Shown in pieces: positions 39,101 through 49,719 of a stretch of DNA of 64,000 nucleotides. The position numbers and the translations under genes were made by a program. The stretch's first letter is position 1. The number at the start of each line of letters is the position of its first letter. Below the pieces are notes generated by a model. That model was not told the DNA's origin, did not search any database, and saw only the letters and a program-made list of their open reading frames with translations. Origin of the DNA: Lama glama (Eukaryota); contig CM052832.1 of assembly GCA_028534125.1 (NCBI GenBank), positions 12,712,001-12,776,000 on the forward strand, read 5' to 3'.

Positions 39101-42100
39101 AAAGAGGGACAGTTAGAATATACATTTTTATTTCTTGTAACTGCAAAAAGAGCTTTTGGAAGAAAAGATATACAAGACCAATAAAAGTGATTATCCACAC
39201 ATGTGAGGGTGGAGGCATCGAAACAGAATACAAAAATGATTGCTTGGAACAAGTGAAAATGAAAGAAGTGAAACTTGATATTCAGTTGATACATTTTATA
39301 TCATTAGCGTTTATACTGGCTATCTTTTTATATTTTTAAATTTATGAACCATGTGAATCTATTATCTATTAAAATCTAAAATAAATGTTAGAAAAAAAAA
39401 AAAACTAACTTAGCAATGCAGCACAATTTCTTTATGGAAGAAAGGAAGTCCCTGAGAAGAGATACTGAGTCAAAGCTTGGCTGAGGGACTGAGGAAAGAC
39501 AGAGAGCAGCGTGTAAAACAAGTCTTTATATACCCTACGTGGCCACTATACAGGTACTGATAACTTGAGGATTACATCATAATTCTAAAGCCTGTCTGCC
39601 CTGGTCCATCCATTTCCCTATGAGAACACAGACTCGCTAAGGAGTGACATTCAGAGAAGAGTAAAGCCTTCCCCAGCACCCCAGGCCTGATTCTCCCTTC
39701 CACTGTGCTCCAGCAGCCCCAGAATTCACACCATCAGCACAGCACACATTGCACTGCCTGAAAGCCACATGCCACCCCACAGGACAGGGTCACTCCTGAA
39801 GAGAAAGGACTATGTCACAATCAACTTTCTATCTCCAACACCTGGACTGCGGCTTTGCATTTAACAGAAATTAAGTGTCCACTATAGTGAATTTAAAGAA
39901 CTGTCACCCAGTTGTCATCTTTGCTAAGCACCTACTGAGTATACAGTTCCTTAGGAAATTTCCTCTTACAACACCTCATACATGTAGTGCAAGATGTTCA
40001 GCCCTCAGAAATATAAGGAAGGATACATGTCATTATGCATGTGTCCAAATCCATACAGAGTACACCACCAAGAGTGAAGCATAATGTGAACTAAGCACTC
40101 TTGGTAATGATGAACTCTGGGTGATAATGATGTGTCAATGTAGGTTCATCAGTTGTAACAAATGTACCACTCTGGTGGCAGCAGGGGGTGTAAGAGTTAC
40201 CTTTGCACTTTCCTCTCAATTTTGCTGTGAACCTTAAGCAGCTCTAAAAAAATGAGGTCTTTAAATTTTCTTTTTAAAAAAGGCTCAATGACAAAAACAA
40301 CAAAAAGTTTACGCATGAGGATGGAACACCTACATCCTAAAAGACAACTGAGCTTCCCGGACCATTATTTAGCACTCTGCACACCAGTAGGCCGAAAGAG
40401 GACATCAGTCAGGTCTGTCAAAGAACCACAGATATTGTTTAATATATCAGACAACAACTTTGGTTCAGGACCTGTTTTATAAAAGGTCCATGCTATATAC
40501 AACAGAGTACTACCCAAAAGTAACAACCCTACCCTCAGAGAGCTTAAAAATACATTATCTAAGGTAAATATGCATTTTTAAGGATATAACATTTTGCAAA
40601 AGAAAGGCAGATGAACATGTGTGAAAAAATCAGAATAAACTTAAAACCAAAATTCTGGCTCCTAAGCAGTTAACAAGGAGGAATTATGGGTGAGAATATC
40701 CCTGAATGAGAGGCATCAAATCTGCCTTCATCCTCTTAAGGTGGCTGTCCAATTCCATCAATAAAGAGCTGACTTGCTAACCAGCACACATCACAGTGCC
40801 AGAGAGTGTCACTCAGAAGGAAAGACCCAGAACATTAACAATGAGTAACCATGGAAACGGAGAGGTACGGTGATATTTACTTTCTGTTTTGCCATTTCTG
40901 CACCTTCTGGGTGAGAAATAAGAATATATTAGTTTAAAAAAAAGTAAAAAAAAGCTATAAAGAAATAAAGTATCGTACTAAGCCTTGTGAAGAATTTGGT
41001 TCCTTTCCAGAAAAATTTTCAGAGGACAGCAGATTTGAGGGGAAAGACTACTTGAGTAGCTCAAGTCTAACTAAGCCTGGGCCTCTCATCTCTCATTGCC
41101 CATGGGGAGGAGAGATGTGCTCTGCAACAGAGAGTTCACATGCTAAAGAACTGTGCTTCCAAAGATGCAGAGTCTCTTCACTCAGTTGCTTCCATGGCTC
41201 CAACCTGTACTGCTTAGTACAGGAATAGGGGCAGTTCCCTGAGCACTGCCCTAAAGTTTCCCCAGGGAACCCAGGGATCCAGGGTCCTAGAAGCAACAAT
41301 GTTAAATCAGTTGTTCTCTCTTTCACTAGCTAACTGGAGATTCACTGGTCTATCTACATGAAGATTAGGAAAGCCTGTTTCCCCCCCTCTTAAAGGACAG
41401 TATGCTCTTGGTCCAGCTCTAAGGAGTTGCCAGGCTGCTAGATTTGCTTGAAGATCCATCAGCAGATGCCCATCAATGGTATAAATTTTCCTGGGCATGC
41501 ACAGTTCCTGCCACCCTCAGATCTCAGAGAGAAGTCTTTTGTTTTCTTTGTCTTCACAACATTTTTGGACCAAGACGACAGGGAGAACCAAATCTGGGTG
41601 CAAGGCTCATTATACAAATCATTGGTGGCTCTGGTGCAAAATTCCCAGACCAAACTCTGGCACAAAGATCTTTCCACTCCATTCCTCTTCCCTAGGTGTT
41701 ACCTAGTATACAGCTGTCCTGTCCAGGTTCTGAGCATGAGGTTGATGAGAGCTAAAATATCATCCTACTTTGTAAGATCAAGAAGAGTGCTGGATAAGCA
41801 GATAAGCCTTATTTTTCTTTTATTTCATATGGTATTTGAAGTCAAGTTTTAGCCTGACATGATTTAAGACAAAGTTCCCTAGATTAGTCCTAATGTCCAC
41901 AGACTGCCATAGCCACTACTCATTTTCACCCCTGGGCCTTTGGGGACACTCTTTTCAGATAAACAGGAGACAACTGTCTTGGCTGCAGCAGAAACTAGAG
42001 AGAAGGTTTAGCCTCCCAAGACTGATAAGAATTTAGCAAACACTGAGCAGACAATCTTGTAATGAGGATATAAATTAACAGGAGTAATAAGGTCACTCTA

Positions 42101-45100
42101 TTAAACATTAGTTTCATTAAGAATTTGCCAAAGCTGGGTGGCATTCCCATTTACCTCCCCGGGAGCTCCCCTTCTAAAACCTACGAGAGCGCCCAAAAAC
42201 ATTATTTAGAGTTTTCATTTAAGATTTCTTCTCTACCTGATAGAAATCATTACTCTTTAGTCATTTTAAAGAAAAAGGGCTCATTTTGCAGAGAATGAGA
42301 GGTTTCCTAGCTACTGGCAAAATTTTTCACAACAGAACAGTAGGTCAAACATGCCAAGATTAAAAATGACAGTGACAACACACAGGAGGGGCAGCTCCAA
42401 CCACTAATGGCCAAGGTGAGCGGCACACAGACACAGAAGAATAACTTATGGATTTTAATAAACATCACATCCTGCCTAACAATTGCTGTGGAATACACTC
42501 ATTCCTGTTTAAACACTCAATTTCTCCTTCATGCTGGACAAATGGTAACTCGTTAGAGCAATTTAAACAGATACCGATAAAGGAAGTTTTTGATTAAGGT
42601 CATGAATCTGGGCTGGCAGGAAAACGATGGTGTTTCAAGGAAAATAGCCTATTTAGGGAAGAATTAAACCTGGTAGAGGGGAAGGCACTTTTAGTGTGCT
42701 GCCGGTGAAGGAGCCTGGCAACTTCCAAAGCAACATGCTGTGGGAGGGCAGGAGCCCACACCAGAGGCACAACTAAGGAGAAAAGTAAACTGTCTTGGGG
42801 TCTAGGCCACAGTTTCCCTGTGAAAAACAAACCAAAAAGAACAAAATGACCTCCATCTGCCTCTCCGTGCTTCAAAAGGTTGTTATTTAATAGCAAATTT
42901 CCAAGAGTTTATTTAGGCTTGAAAATGCTTTCAAACTCCTCTTAAAATACTCAAAAGAACATATGATGCCCCAGTGGCCATGACAACATCCCTTTCCTTC
43001 TTTAGTCTGATCAGATGTCAGTCTCTGATGGGCAATGCAGCTACCTTGTCGATAATGTAAAATAAACAAACTGATTAAAATAAATAGATCCACTAATGAG
43101 TCATCACATTGATCCAGCAGAGGAAACACAAACAAGACCCAGACACACAGAAATAGCAGCTACTGTTTTTTGGGTTTTCTATTTGTACTCCCTACAGAGC
43201 ATTTTTCAATCATCTGTTCGACAGTATGTTTAGGCGGAAGTGGTTGAAGCAAAAGGAAACACATCTGCTTTAATGCAACGACTTGAATAGGAAAACTATA
43301 TACAGATCTCAGGGGATACGTAGTTTCTGGGAATACAAGTAAACTACCAGGGCACACTGTCCAGGAGATGCCTAAAAGGGGCGAATACAGAACGGAGGTG
43401 GTATAAATGGTAAGTACTTCATGAAATGATCCTCTGTAGACTGGAGGAGGGCTGGGCAAAATGAAAGAGGTGAAGCATTTTAAGCTTCTTGGAAAAGATA
43501 CTACTGTTGCCTTCTATCAATTCCAGTCAGTAAATATTTACTGAGCATTTACGCCATGCCAGACATGGGGTGGTAGGGGAGAGGGAAGGAGGTACGAAGG
43601 GCAGTTGATAAAGACACCAGACTCTGGCCCCCAGAGTTTCTGTGTTAACGTGGAGCTGCCCCTTCCTAGAATTAGCTGACCCAGGGAAATCTAGCAATGC
43701 TTGTTTGCCTCTGCCTCCTGCCTCATTTTCTGCAAATGAAACGGACCAAATGGCCCATTGCCAGACACATACAAGGTCCTACCACCTCTAAATTTCCATT
43801 CTGTACACACAACAGCAATAGTCAATCCTGACTGAGTCATATGGTGCTACTTCTAGAAGAGGTTAAAGCTATTTGGTACAATGAAGGGAAGTTTGTGGGA
43901 GGGAAGGGGATAATCTCCATTTACAGTCACATTTTTAAAAGCCTGAAATTTAAATTATACTGATTCCCTTGAAAGATCCTTAACTATACACCTTCCTCTA
44001 TCTGGGAGTCTCCCTCTTGAGAGGAAATATCTCCCTATATCTGCTTAGAATCAGATACCTCCACCATTTAAGTATCATTTATCCCCTCAGACATGCTCTC
44101 CTTTTCTCCCCTGCAGGCCATTTCTCCCATTACCCTAGAGCACAGCCCAAGGAGACACTCCTTCTTCAAGTTGCTCAAATCCCTGGTGAGAAGCAAAACT
44201 CCCTTTCTTCAACAGTCCCTAGAACCAATACGCCCAATATATTTTTGGCTTCCCACTTAATACGCTCAACTACATACACTGTCTTTCTCACCTACCCTAG
44301 AATCTACCATGACAACTTTTAAGGTATGTACATCTCCACACAGGTTGTAAAGAGTCTCTCATTCTGCCGGGACCACAGCCGCACCAAATACATCATTAGC
44401 TGTAAGGCCTGTTAAGCTTTTCTCTGGACCTGTTTCTCAGTACAGCTGAGTAACTGCCCTTCAATTAGCCTACCACTTGAGAATAAACTGTATTTTCTAC
44501 CACTCTCAAAGGATGATTCACACTCTCAGTCACCAATCTGTTACCAAATTTCACTCCAATTTACCAATGATCCAGCAGAGGATCCAAAATGCAAGACTAC
44601 TAGTAAACTGGGTTAAATAGTGTCCAAAAGGTCATGTCCACCAAACACCTGGGAACATGGCTTTTGGAAACAGGGTCTTGTAGATGTAATCAGATTAAAA
44701 TGAAGTCATAGGGCGGGCCCTCACCCAATGACTGATGTTCTTTTAAGAAAAGGGAAATCTGAACACAGACACACACAGAGGGCAGACAGGCAGAGACTGG
44801 AGTTATGTTGCTACAGGCCAAGGAACACCAAGGAATGCCAGCAACCACCGGGAGCTAGAAGAGGCACGGAAGGATTCTTCCCAAGAGCCTTGGGAGGGAG
44901 CAAGGCCCTGCTGGCACCTTGATTTCAGACTTCTGGCCTCCAGAAGTGTGGAGAATAAACCGTTGTTTTAAGCTTCCCAGTTTGTGGTACTTTGTTACAG
45001 CAGCCCCAGGAAATTAATACAGCTGTCAAGTCAAGGTAAATGCAAATTGAACTACTTCTAATTGTTTGGTATTTCAGGCAAGCTCCGAGATACTTTACCA

Positions 45101-45809
45101 TTTCCACAGAAAGCACCTGTGGAAACCATGGACGTCTATAAGCCTAAAAAACAGGCAAAGCAAAATCCTAGTTTAAACCAGGATCAGTGAAATCCTTAGA
45201 GCTTAACATAAACAGTGAACACCGGGATGCTCTAATTCATTCGGTGTTTCTGATCAAAACTGCTAAGGGAATTGAGAAAACAAAAACGCTAAAACCTAAG
45301 GGGAATTAGGCCAGATCATTGCAGCAAAGAGCCCAGCCCCGTGAAAGGAGCCCAGGATCATTAACAGCTATTAAGAGCACAGGGCGCTCAATGCACATCA
45401 CTACCTCCACCTGGTTTAAGGCAGCAAGAGTGCCACCTACTGAAGGACCAGCAACAGAACTAAGACATACCTATAAAAATTCCAATTTTTTATTTAAAAT
45501 AAGTTCCCCATTCCTAGTAGGAGAATGGCAGAAGGGAAGAGCGTCTATAGCCAATATCTCTGTAAAATTTGATTAATTTTCTTCAAAGGGCAGGGGACTG
45601 TATTCTGCCCAATTCAGGCATCAGGAATTCAAATAACCAGATCATCAGTGGCCTCTGACCACACAGGCAAGCTTACCTTTTGCTGCATGATTAACAGAAG
45701 ATGGAGGTTCATCATCAGATGTAGAGCTGAGGTTCAGGGCAAGCTCTGCAACTCTTTTTTTCTGTTTCTTGATAGGGGCAGTGCATTCTGAATCATTTCT
45801 CCTCTTCAT
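76..45809 (-). CDS. CMTR1: CMTR1 cap-specific mRNA (nucleoside-2'-O)-methyltransferase 1; spliced CDS of 19 coding exons, 3'-partial (continues beyond the left edge)
   Basis: Exon lengths 133+152+159+93+72+95+73+199+119+97+133+180+57+58+69+132+123+92+69 = 2105 nt, with all phases compatible. Translation [19 protein letters not shown]...[14 protein letters not shown] matches CMTR1 as I recall it: basic NLS, G-patch, RrmJ/FtsJ-type MTase with DVCAGPGGF, and guanylyltransferase-like region. Confidence 0.98.
963..1054 (-). CDS. CMTR1: CMTR1 exon 19 (aa 649-679)
   Basis: ttctag|GGGAAG...[42 protein letters not shown]. Confidence 0.95.
1735..1857 (-). CDS. CMTR1: CMTR1 exon 18 (aa 608-648)
   Basis: ccatag|AAGTCC...[53 protein letters not shown]. 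Confidence 0.96.
2739..2870 (-). CDS. CMTR1: CMTR1 exon 17 (aa 564-607)
   Basis: ctgcag|GGCACT...[56 protein letters not shown]. Confidence 0.96.
3829..3897 (-). CDS. CMTR1: CMTR1 exon 16 (aa 541-563), GC donor
   Basis: ttcag|ATCCCA...[35 protein letters not shown]. Confidence 0.93.
4403..4460 (-). CDS. CMTR1: CMTR1 exon 15 (aa 521-540)
   Basis: tcccag|GACCCTG...[31 protein letters not shown]. Confidence 0.95.
5226..5282 (-). CDS. CMTR1: CMTR1 exon 14 (aa 502-521)
   Basis: ttttcttctag|CCACTGT...[29 protein letters not shown]. Confidence 0.95.
5924..7282 (-). mobile_element. 5'-truncated L1 (ORF2 3' end, 3'UTR and A-rich tail), same orientation as CMTR1
   Basis: T-rich tail at 5924-5943, then reverse-complement L1 3'UTR/ORF2; minus-strand ORF ends [31 protein letters not shown]. 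Confidence 0.9.
8392..8532 (+). mobile_element. tRNA-derived SINE (camelid Vic-1-like)
   Basis: GGGGAGGGTGTAGCTCAGTGGCAGAG head with A and B boxes; A-rich/C-run tail; TSD AAGACAAAAC at 8382-8391 and 8533-8542. Confidence 0.88.
9830..10390 (+). mobile_element. L1 3'-end fragment (L1MA-type 3'UTR)
   Basis: catatgatccaccaattc...aaacaacctaaatgtccattgacagatgaatggataaag...gttctagagatctgctgtacagc, ending in an A run. Confidence 0.8.
10393..10612. mobile_element. TcMar-Tigger MITE (Tigger2/MER8/MER2-type)
   Basis: Starts TA|CAGTTGACCCTTGAACAAC and ends GAGAGATGACTG|TA: TA target duplication and imperfect TIRs. Confidence 0.85.
11617..18500 (+). mobile_element. Middle-layer 5'-truncated L1 (L1MB-like 3' end), split into 11617-12750 and 17668-18500
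   Basis: ORF2 RT-to-C-terminal sequence stops at aaaatgggcaaag and resumes as aacttgagtaggtatttctccaaaaaagatacacaaatggcc; degenerate flanking duplication caaaatttaaaacttct (11600-11616) / caaattttaaacatct (18501-18516). Confidence 0.78.
12751..17653 (+). mobile_element. Inner near-full-length L1 with 5'UTR, internal ORF1/EN deletion, decayed ORF2, 3'UTR and A tail
   Basis: GC-rich 5'UTR 12751-13820; ORF2 fragments [21 protein letters not shown] and [59 protein letters not shown] 12737-12750 / AAAAATGAGCAAAG 17654-17667. Confidence 0.92.
20564..20743 (-). CDS. CMTR1: CMTR1 exon 13 (aa 442-502)
   Basis: ccag|GTATGTG...[70 protein letters not shown]. Confidence 0.97.
21306..21485 (-). mobile_element. 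Vic-1-like SINE with an internal (ATGT)n microsatellite
   Basis: Reverse-complement head ...gagctatacgctccccc; TSD TCAATCACTTT at 21295-21305 and 21486-21496. Confidence 0.88.
21610..21742 (-). CDS. CMTR1: CMTR1 exon 12 (aa 398-442), includes catalytic K404
   Basis: tctag|GAGGCC...[56 protein letters not shown]. Confidence 0.97.
22059..22155 (-). CDS. CMTR1: CMTR1 exon 11 (aa 366-398)
   Basis: tttcag|GGTTTC...[42 protein letters not shown]. Confidence 0.97.
22900..23035 (+). mobile_element. L1MB-like 3' end fragment
   Basis: gaaaaagttctggagatg...actgaactgtacacttaaaaatgg...gtaaattttacattatgtgttttttaccacaat. Confidence 0.7.
24074..24192 (-). CDS. CMTR1: CMTR1 exon 10 (aa 326-365), includes catalytic D364
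   Basis: ctcag|GCGAGG...[52 protein letters not shown]. Confidence 0.97.
24968..25166 (-). CDS. CMTR1: CMTR1 exon 9 (aa 260-326), SAM-binding motif
   Basis: ttgcag|AAACCA...[79 protein letters not shown]. Confidence 0.98.
25755..25980 (-). mobile_element. Old L1MC-type 3'UTR fragment
   Basis: aactttttattgtggaagaatttcagatttacagacaagttgcaa...cccttcacccag resembles L1MC4/5 3' ends. Confidence 0.6.
27110..27300. mobile_element. MIR fragment
   Basis: cttactggctgtg...cttcctcaactaaattggg...ctcaagggctgttgtaggattaaataa, MIR core-like. Confidence 0.55.
29235..29388. mobile_element. Short MER2-family Tigger MITE
   Basis: TA|CAGGCATCCATCAGTATC...gatgctcaagtcctttatataa...ACGGAGGGCTGAACTG|TA. Confidence 0.8.
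30032..30104 (-). CDS. CMTR1: CMTR1 exon 8 (aa 235-259), includes catalytic K239
   Basis: ttgcag|GGCTGCA...[36 protein letters not shown]; follows a short 116-nt intron. Confidence 0.96.
30221..30315 (-). CDS. CMTR1: CMTR1 exon 7 (aa 204-235)
   Basis: gggcag|AGTGTG...[43 protein letters not shown]. Confidence 0.96.
30940..31160. mobile_element. MIR
   Basis: ttcataacaaccctg...cccagtttacagatgaggaaacccaagctcagag...ccaaggtcaca...tgaattcaggtctatctga. Confidence 0.75.
31392..31463 (-). CDS. CMTR1: CMTR1 exon 6 (aa 180-203)
   Basis: ctctag|AGAAAG...[36 protein letters not shown]. Confidence 0.96.
31964..32480. mobile_element. hAT-Charlie non-autonomous element (Charlie4a-like)
   Basis: cactcttcagaatcactgaggacccccaag...attagaaattaaaactga...agcctctggaaaac...attatgaaaataac matches the Charlie4a consensus as I recall it. 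Confidence 0.75.
32942..33034 (-). CDS. CMTR1: CMTR1 exon 5 (aa 149-179)
   Basis: ttttgcag|CCCAGT...[43 protein letters not shown]. Confidence 0.96.
33546..33722. mobile_element. MER5-family hAT MITE
   Basis: cagtgg...gatgcctgggccccaccctcagag...gattctgttggtctgagg...aattctaatgtgcagccagggctaagttcactg. Confidence 0.75.
35592..35750 (-). CDS. CMTR1: CMTR1 exon 4 (aa 96-148), G-patch domain
   Basis: tttcag|GCTAAG...[65 protein letters not shown] has G-patch glycine spacing. Confidence 0.97.
37231..37382 (-). CDS. CMTR1: CMTR1 exon 3 (aa 45-95)
   Basis: ttttcag|CATCT...[63 protein letters not shown]. Confidence 0.96.
38416..38667 (+). mobile_element. Short 3' end of a younger L1
   Basis: ctgtatagcacagggaactgtattcagcatcttgtaataacc...tgctgtacaccagaaactgacac, (TAAA)n tail; flanking TTGGTAAACA at 38406-38415 and 38668-38677. 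Confidence 0.85.
40080..40265 (+). mobile_element. L1MC/MD-type 3'UTR fragment
   Basis: tgggtgataatgatgtgtcaatgtaggttcatcagttgtaacaaatgtaccactctggtgg...caattttgctgtgaacct. Confidence 0.75.
44603..45021 (+). mobile_element. MaLR solo LTR (MLT1B/C-like)
   Basis: ttggaaacagggtcttgtagatgtaatc...gccaaggaacaccaagg...caccttgatttcagacttctggcctccagaa...aataaa...tttgttacagcagccccaggaaattaataca. Confidence 0.88.
45677..45809 (-). CDS. CMTR1: CMTR1 exon 2 coding part (aa 1-45): NLS and start of the Ser-rich region
   Basis: ACAATGAAGAGG start (A at -3); [44 protein letters not shown]; donor AAAG|GTAAGC; probable acceptor ggttgcag| just before 45814. Confidence 0.95.
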
Positions 45810-47799
45810 TGTTACTGCAACCACAAATCCAGATAGTCAGCTGCCCTTGTCAGTGCCACAGGATCACAGCAGGGATTCCAAAGTATATGCCATCAATGGG
45901 ATGAAAGTTGGCAACTCCAAACAGCTCCCAGTGCCAGCACTTGAATAGCTTCTTCCTCAGAACAAGGTCCAAGAAGGATGCTAGCCAAGCTCTGGTTTTC
46001 AATAAGAGCTGTAAGTTTTACTGGAAAATGTAGTGCTCACAGATCCAGAGGCCTCTAGGCCACTGGTGTCAGATACCAAAATGTCATGGATCAACTCCAC
46101 AAGCCATAGGGATAAAAAGATCTTGAGTACTTGTTATTCTACACTTTTGATGCAACATTGGCTATGTGTAACAACAATGTATACTGGAAACTAATTGTGA
46201 AACCTAATGAATATCAACAAATATTTCCAAAGTGAAAAAAACATCCCAGAATGACTGTTTCATCACCATTATTATTTTAACAGGACATTTAAGAGATTAC
46301 ATAATATGATACAAATACTGGTTTTCAGTTTACACCAGGATGTTTGAAAACATGAAAGAATTGGCAAGTTTTTAAATGGAGTAAGGAATGAAAGCAGTGG
46401 TTGACTTAGGACTGAGAAAACAAAGAGTGAGAAAGTTAACAGAACCAGAGATAGCCATATTATAGAACTCAGGTACAAGAACAATAATTTTAAGAACAAG
46501 AACCCACCTCCACAAAAAAGAATGGAAACAAGCAAGGCACCATGTCCCCATCATCCATGCCCACCGGTAAGCATGAGAGGCAAGCACGAAGAAGAAAAAA
46601 AAATGAGATGGAATGAAGTGATAATAAGATTCCTGAAATTTTGAGGAATGATCAAATTAAAGAACAAGCAAGAGCAGAGGTGAATACAGTGTGGTTTAAA
46701 CACCACTGATTGGCTGTAAGAGGACTCAGAACAGAGAAAGGACTCAAAAATGGGAGCAAACAGGTGGGGAGATCAGCTAGGCTGCAATCCCTTGGGAAAG
46801 GAAGATGCAGGAGTACAAATAACAGGCTTACAGCACAGGTCACAACAGCAAGAGAGCAATGAAATCCAAAGATACCACTGATCCCCTCATGATTCAAACA
46901 TGAATCACATATTTCACTTCTTTCCAGCTCAAGGATGAGCCAGTCAACCCAACGCCTAATCTCATCCTTCCTAAGGAGGCAGCCTTTTAAGAGGCACAGG
47001 TAGGGGCTACCCTGGGGAAGCAAGAAGAAAAGGAGACGCTGAACCAACAGAAAGCAAAACTAGGCTGAGAGACATTTCACTGTAAACCACTGTCTTAAAT
47101 CCCAACCTGACCCCTAGAAAGGCCCATAAGATAAGCAAAAAGCGGCCCTCTGATTCTTAGCGACTCTAGGGGAGCCTGGAAGCACCGTAAACTCAACATG
47201 AACTGCGTTGGGGTGAAAAGGGGAGGAAAACAGCGTGTGAAAGGCAGGAGATACTAATGCTCCTCCCCAAACCACCTTAGATTTAGGCCTTCCAACTCGC
47301 CTCATCCAACCCTCTCCTTTTTCACTGCAGAAAACTGAGGCCCGTGTGGGGAAGACCTCACAGCTCAACAGCACCCAGCTCAAATGACCTACACAGGCCA
47401 GAAGAATGTTCCCTGGAAAGGAACTTCTAAGTGGAAGGCAGAAAGCTGGGTTCTACCTGCTGCTCCCCCAGGGGAGGGGTTCCTATGCCCTCTCCAATCT
47501 TCTCTTCCTGGGCCTCGGTTTCGCACTGCCACCCCTATTCACAGAGGGAAGAGAAAGCTCCCATCTCCCCGGGCCAGTCTTTTCATTTGAAGATAACGTG
47601 TGAGAACGTGTGCGCAGAGACGTTGGTCAGCGGCAACTCCGGATGCGCGGAGCTGGAGGTCTGGCGTTGTGGGGCGGGAGAGAAGCGGCTACGAGGGTCA
47701 CGACCGCCCGTGGGGAGGCCAACGCGGCGGCGGAGCGGAGGATGCTGAGCCCGCGCGCCCTCCCGCTCGCTACCCCCCCGGCCGCACGTCGGCACTCAC

Positions 47800-47930
47800 G
47801 CTGAGGGGAGAGGGCGAGCTGCCAGGGAGCGGAAAGGGGGATCGGGCCGCCGATGCCGCCACCACCAGGCCCTGGCCCTGCCGCTGCCACAGCTTCTTCC
47901 TCCCTCAGTTTCGTTTCCCCAAGCCAGCCC
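47800..47930 (-). other. CMTR1: Probable non-coding exon 1 of CMTR1 (5' boundary/TSS approximate)
   Basis: Lies in the CpG island; strong minus-strand donor CTCAGC|GTGAGTG with GT at 47799-47798; no ATG seen in the putative exon. The TSS position is inferred. Confidence 0.7.
47907..47919 (-). promoter_or_regulatory. ISRE / IRF-ISGF3 motif AGTTTCGTTTCCC (minus strand GGGAAACGAAACT)
   Basis: Direct motif match with the same GAAACGAAAC core as the OAS1/MX-type ISREs; CMTR1 is also known as ISG95. Confidence 0.7.
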
Positions 47931-47960
47931 GGGTCCGCCGGCCGCGCCGTCGCGCTCGAG

Positions 47961-48157
47961 CCCCGCCCTGCGGGCCGCGCAGTTTGATGACGTCAGGGAG
48001 CCCGCTTTCTCTACGCTCCCAGCCCCTGGCCCCGGGGAAGACCGCTCGGGCTCTGGCCCGCCCCACCCCCTGCCCCGGGCAGTCTAGGGCGCCTGCGCAG
48101 AAGTCCCAACGGGAAAAGGATACAAAAACAAAACTAACCGTGGATCTTCTCTTCCGG
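47961..48157. promoter_or_regulatory. Promoter motif cluster: GC box CCCCGCCC 47961-47968, full CRE TGACGTCA 47988-47995, NRF1 GCGCCTGCGCA 48089-48099, ETS CCGGAAG (minus) 48151-48157
   Basis: Consensus matches seen in the sequence within ~250 bp of exon 1; occupancy is not shown. Confidence 0.6.
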
Positions 48158-48499
48158 CTCTAGGGACGAGAAACAAAAATAAAAATCAGAAGGGCCAGGT
48201 TCCATCACATCACCTCATCTCTCTTAATCTCATTATTGTCTTCACTTTACAGATTAAGAACAAGTTTAGAGAGGTAAACGGTAAACTGGTTGAGGGCAGA
48301 AACCCAGTCTTCTCGTTCACTGTTGTAACCCCAACATCCAGCTCGCATCACATCCTCTACAGATACTGAAAGATCATGAGGAAATAAGGAATGCCGCCTA
48401 TCCGCCTATGGCGTTTTACCATACGGACACAGATGGCTTCCCATTCCCAACTCCTCTTCCTATCTTCAGAGCAATACGGCCAAAAGTCTGCCGAACATC

Positions 48500-49380
48500 T
48501 TCACTCAGTCACTTCACACTCAATAAATCTTATGTTCTCCCGTAAACCTGCTCTTTTTCCGGTGAATGGCACTACCATTAATCCTGTAGGTCCAACAAGA
48601 AATCTGAGGAGGCCCCACCTCCCTCATTCCCCAGAGCCTCCAATAAACACTTTATTGTTTACCTCCTTATTGTCTTTAAAATCTATCCAATCTTCTTCAT
48701 CCCCATTGCCACAACCCATGCACTCACCCTCTCTCATCAGAATTTCTCCAGTAATCTCCAGATCATTATGCCTGTCTCAGGTTGGGATCCCTCTAGTACA
48801 TTCTCCACAAAACCAAAGTGATTAAAGAAAAAACTAAAACAAAACGAAAAATACTAATTTGATTCTGCCACAACCTATTAATGATGAAAGCCCATCAACA
48901 GCTTCCCATTTCTCTTCAGATGAGGCTAATGTTCTTAAGAGGCCTACAAGCCCCTGGAGTCTGATCCCTTCTGCAGTCATGCCTTGTGCTACCACTCCCT
49001 CCTCCCCCCATCCTAGTGTTCTCTTGGTTTCTCAGATATGCCATGTCTCTTGAAAGGGTTCATTCCCCTTCCTAGATTGCTTCTTCCTCTCTGGATAACA
49101 TCCACTTTTCCCTGAAGTCTGTTTAGTGTCCTTATCTCTGGAAATCATTCCTGACGCCACAAGTCTGAGTGGGGAGTTCTCCTGAGCTCCCGCAGCCCTC
49201 CTCTATCGTTGCTATCAAAGCATTTACCAGTGTTGTATAATGACCCATTAATTCCTCTGCCTCCCCACTTGCTTGTAAACTATACAAGAAAGGTAATGTC
49301 TGTCTGTCTGTGTTAAATCCGTAAGATTTAATACAGTGACTATTAGGTGCTCAATGGACATTTATTGAATCTGCTGGAAG
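48500..49380. mobile_element. L2 fragments
   Basis: gtgaatggcactaccatt...; 3'-end-like tgtaaactatacaag...taggtgctcaatggacatttattgaat. Confidence 0.55.
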
Positions 49381-49719
49381 GATGGCAGATGAATGAAGGA
49401 TAAGTGATGTGCCCCAGGTCACAGAGGTAGAAAGCAACAAATGAACATTTAAACCCAGGTCTCTTTGGTTCTGAAGCTGAGTGTCTTCCCACCTCACCAG
49501 GCGTTCTTAACATGTGTTAAGACATTATTCTTAACATGTATTGGATACCTTTGGTAATTTTATAAAGCTTATGGATCCATTCTCAAAATAATAATTTGAA
49601 GGGCATAATATATAATGTATAGGATTACAAAGGAAATCAATTATACTGAAATACAGTTTTTTAAATTATGATATTTTTAATGTAAAGCATTAAATAATGA
49701 TAGAATGCATCTAAAATAT

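Larger units (their letters stand above)
47600..48170. promoter_or_regulatory. CpG-island promoter of CMTR1
   Basis: The only long stretch in the window with dense CpG and very high GC; lies 2 kb upstream of the ATG exon and contains the exon-1 donor; no TATA box seen. Confidence 0.9.

Noticed and set aside
41000..43500. Long repeat-poor stretch of intron 2 with several overlapping ORFs; possible nested gene or snoRNA
   Set aside because: No recognisable protein motif, box C/D or H/ACA architecture by eye. A conservation or Infernal/Rfam scan is needed to exclude it fully.
47600..48163. 187-aa and other overlapping ORFs across the CpG island
   Set aside because: Arg/Pro/Gly/Ala-rich, stop-poor frames typical of GC-rich promoter DNA; no recognisable domain.
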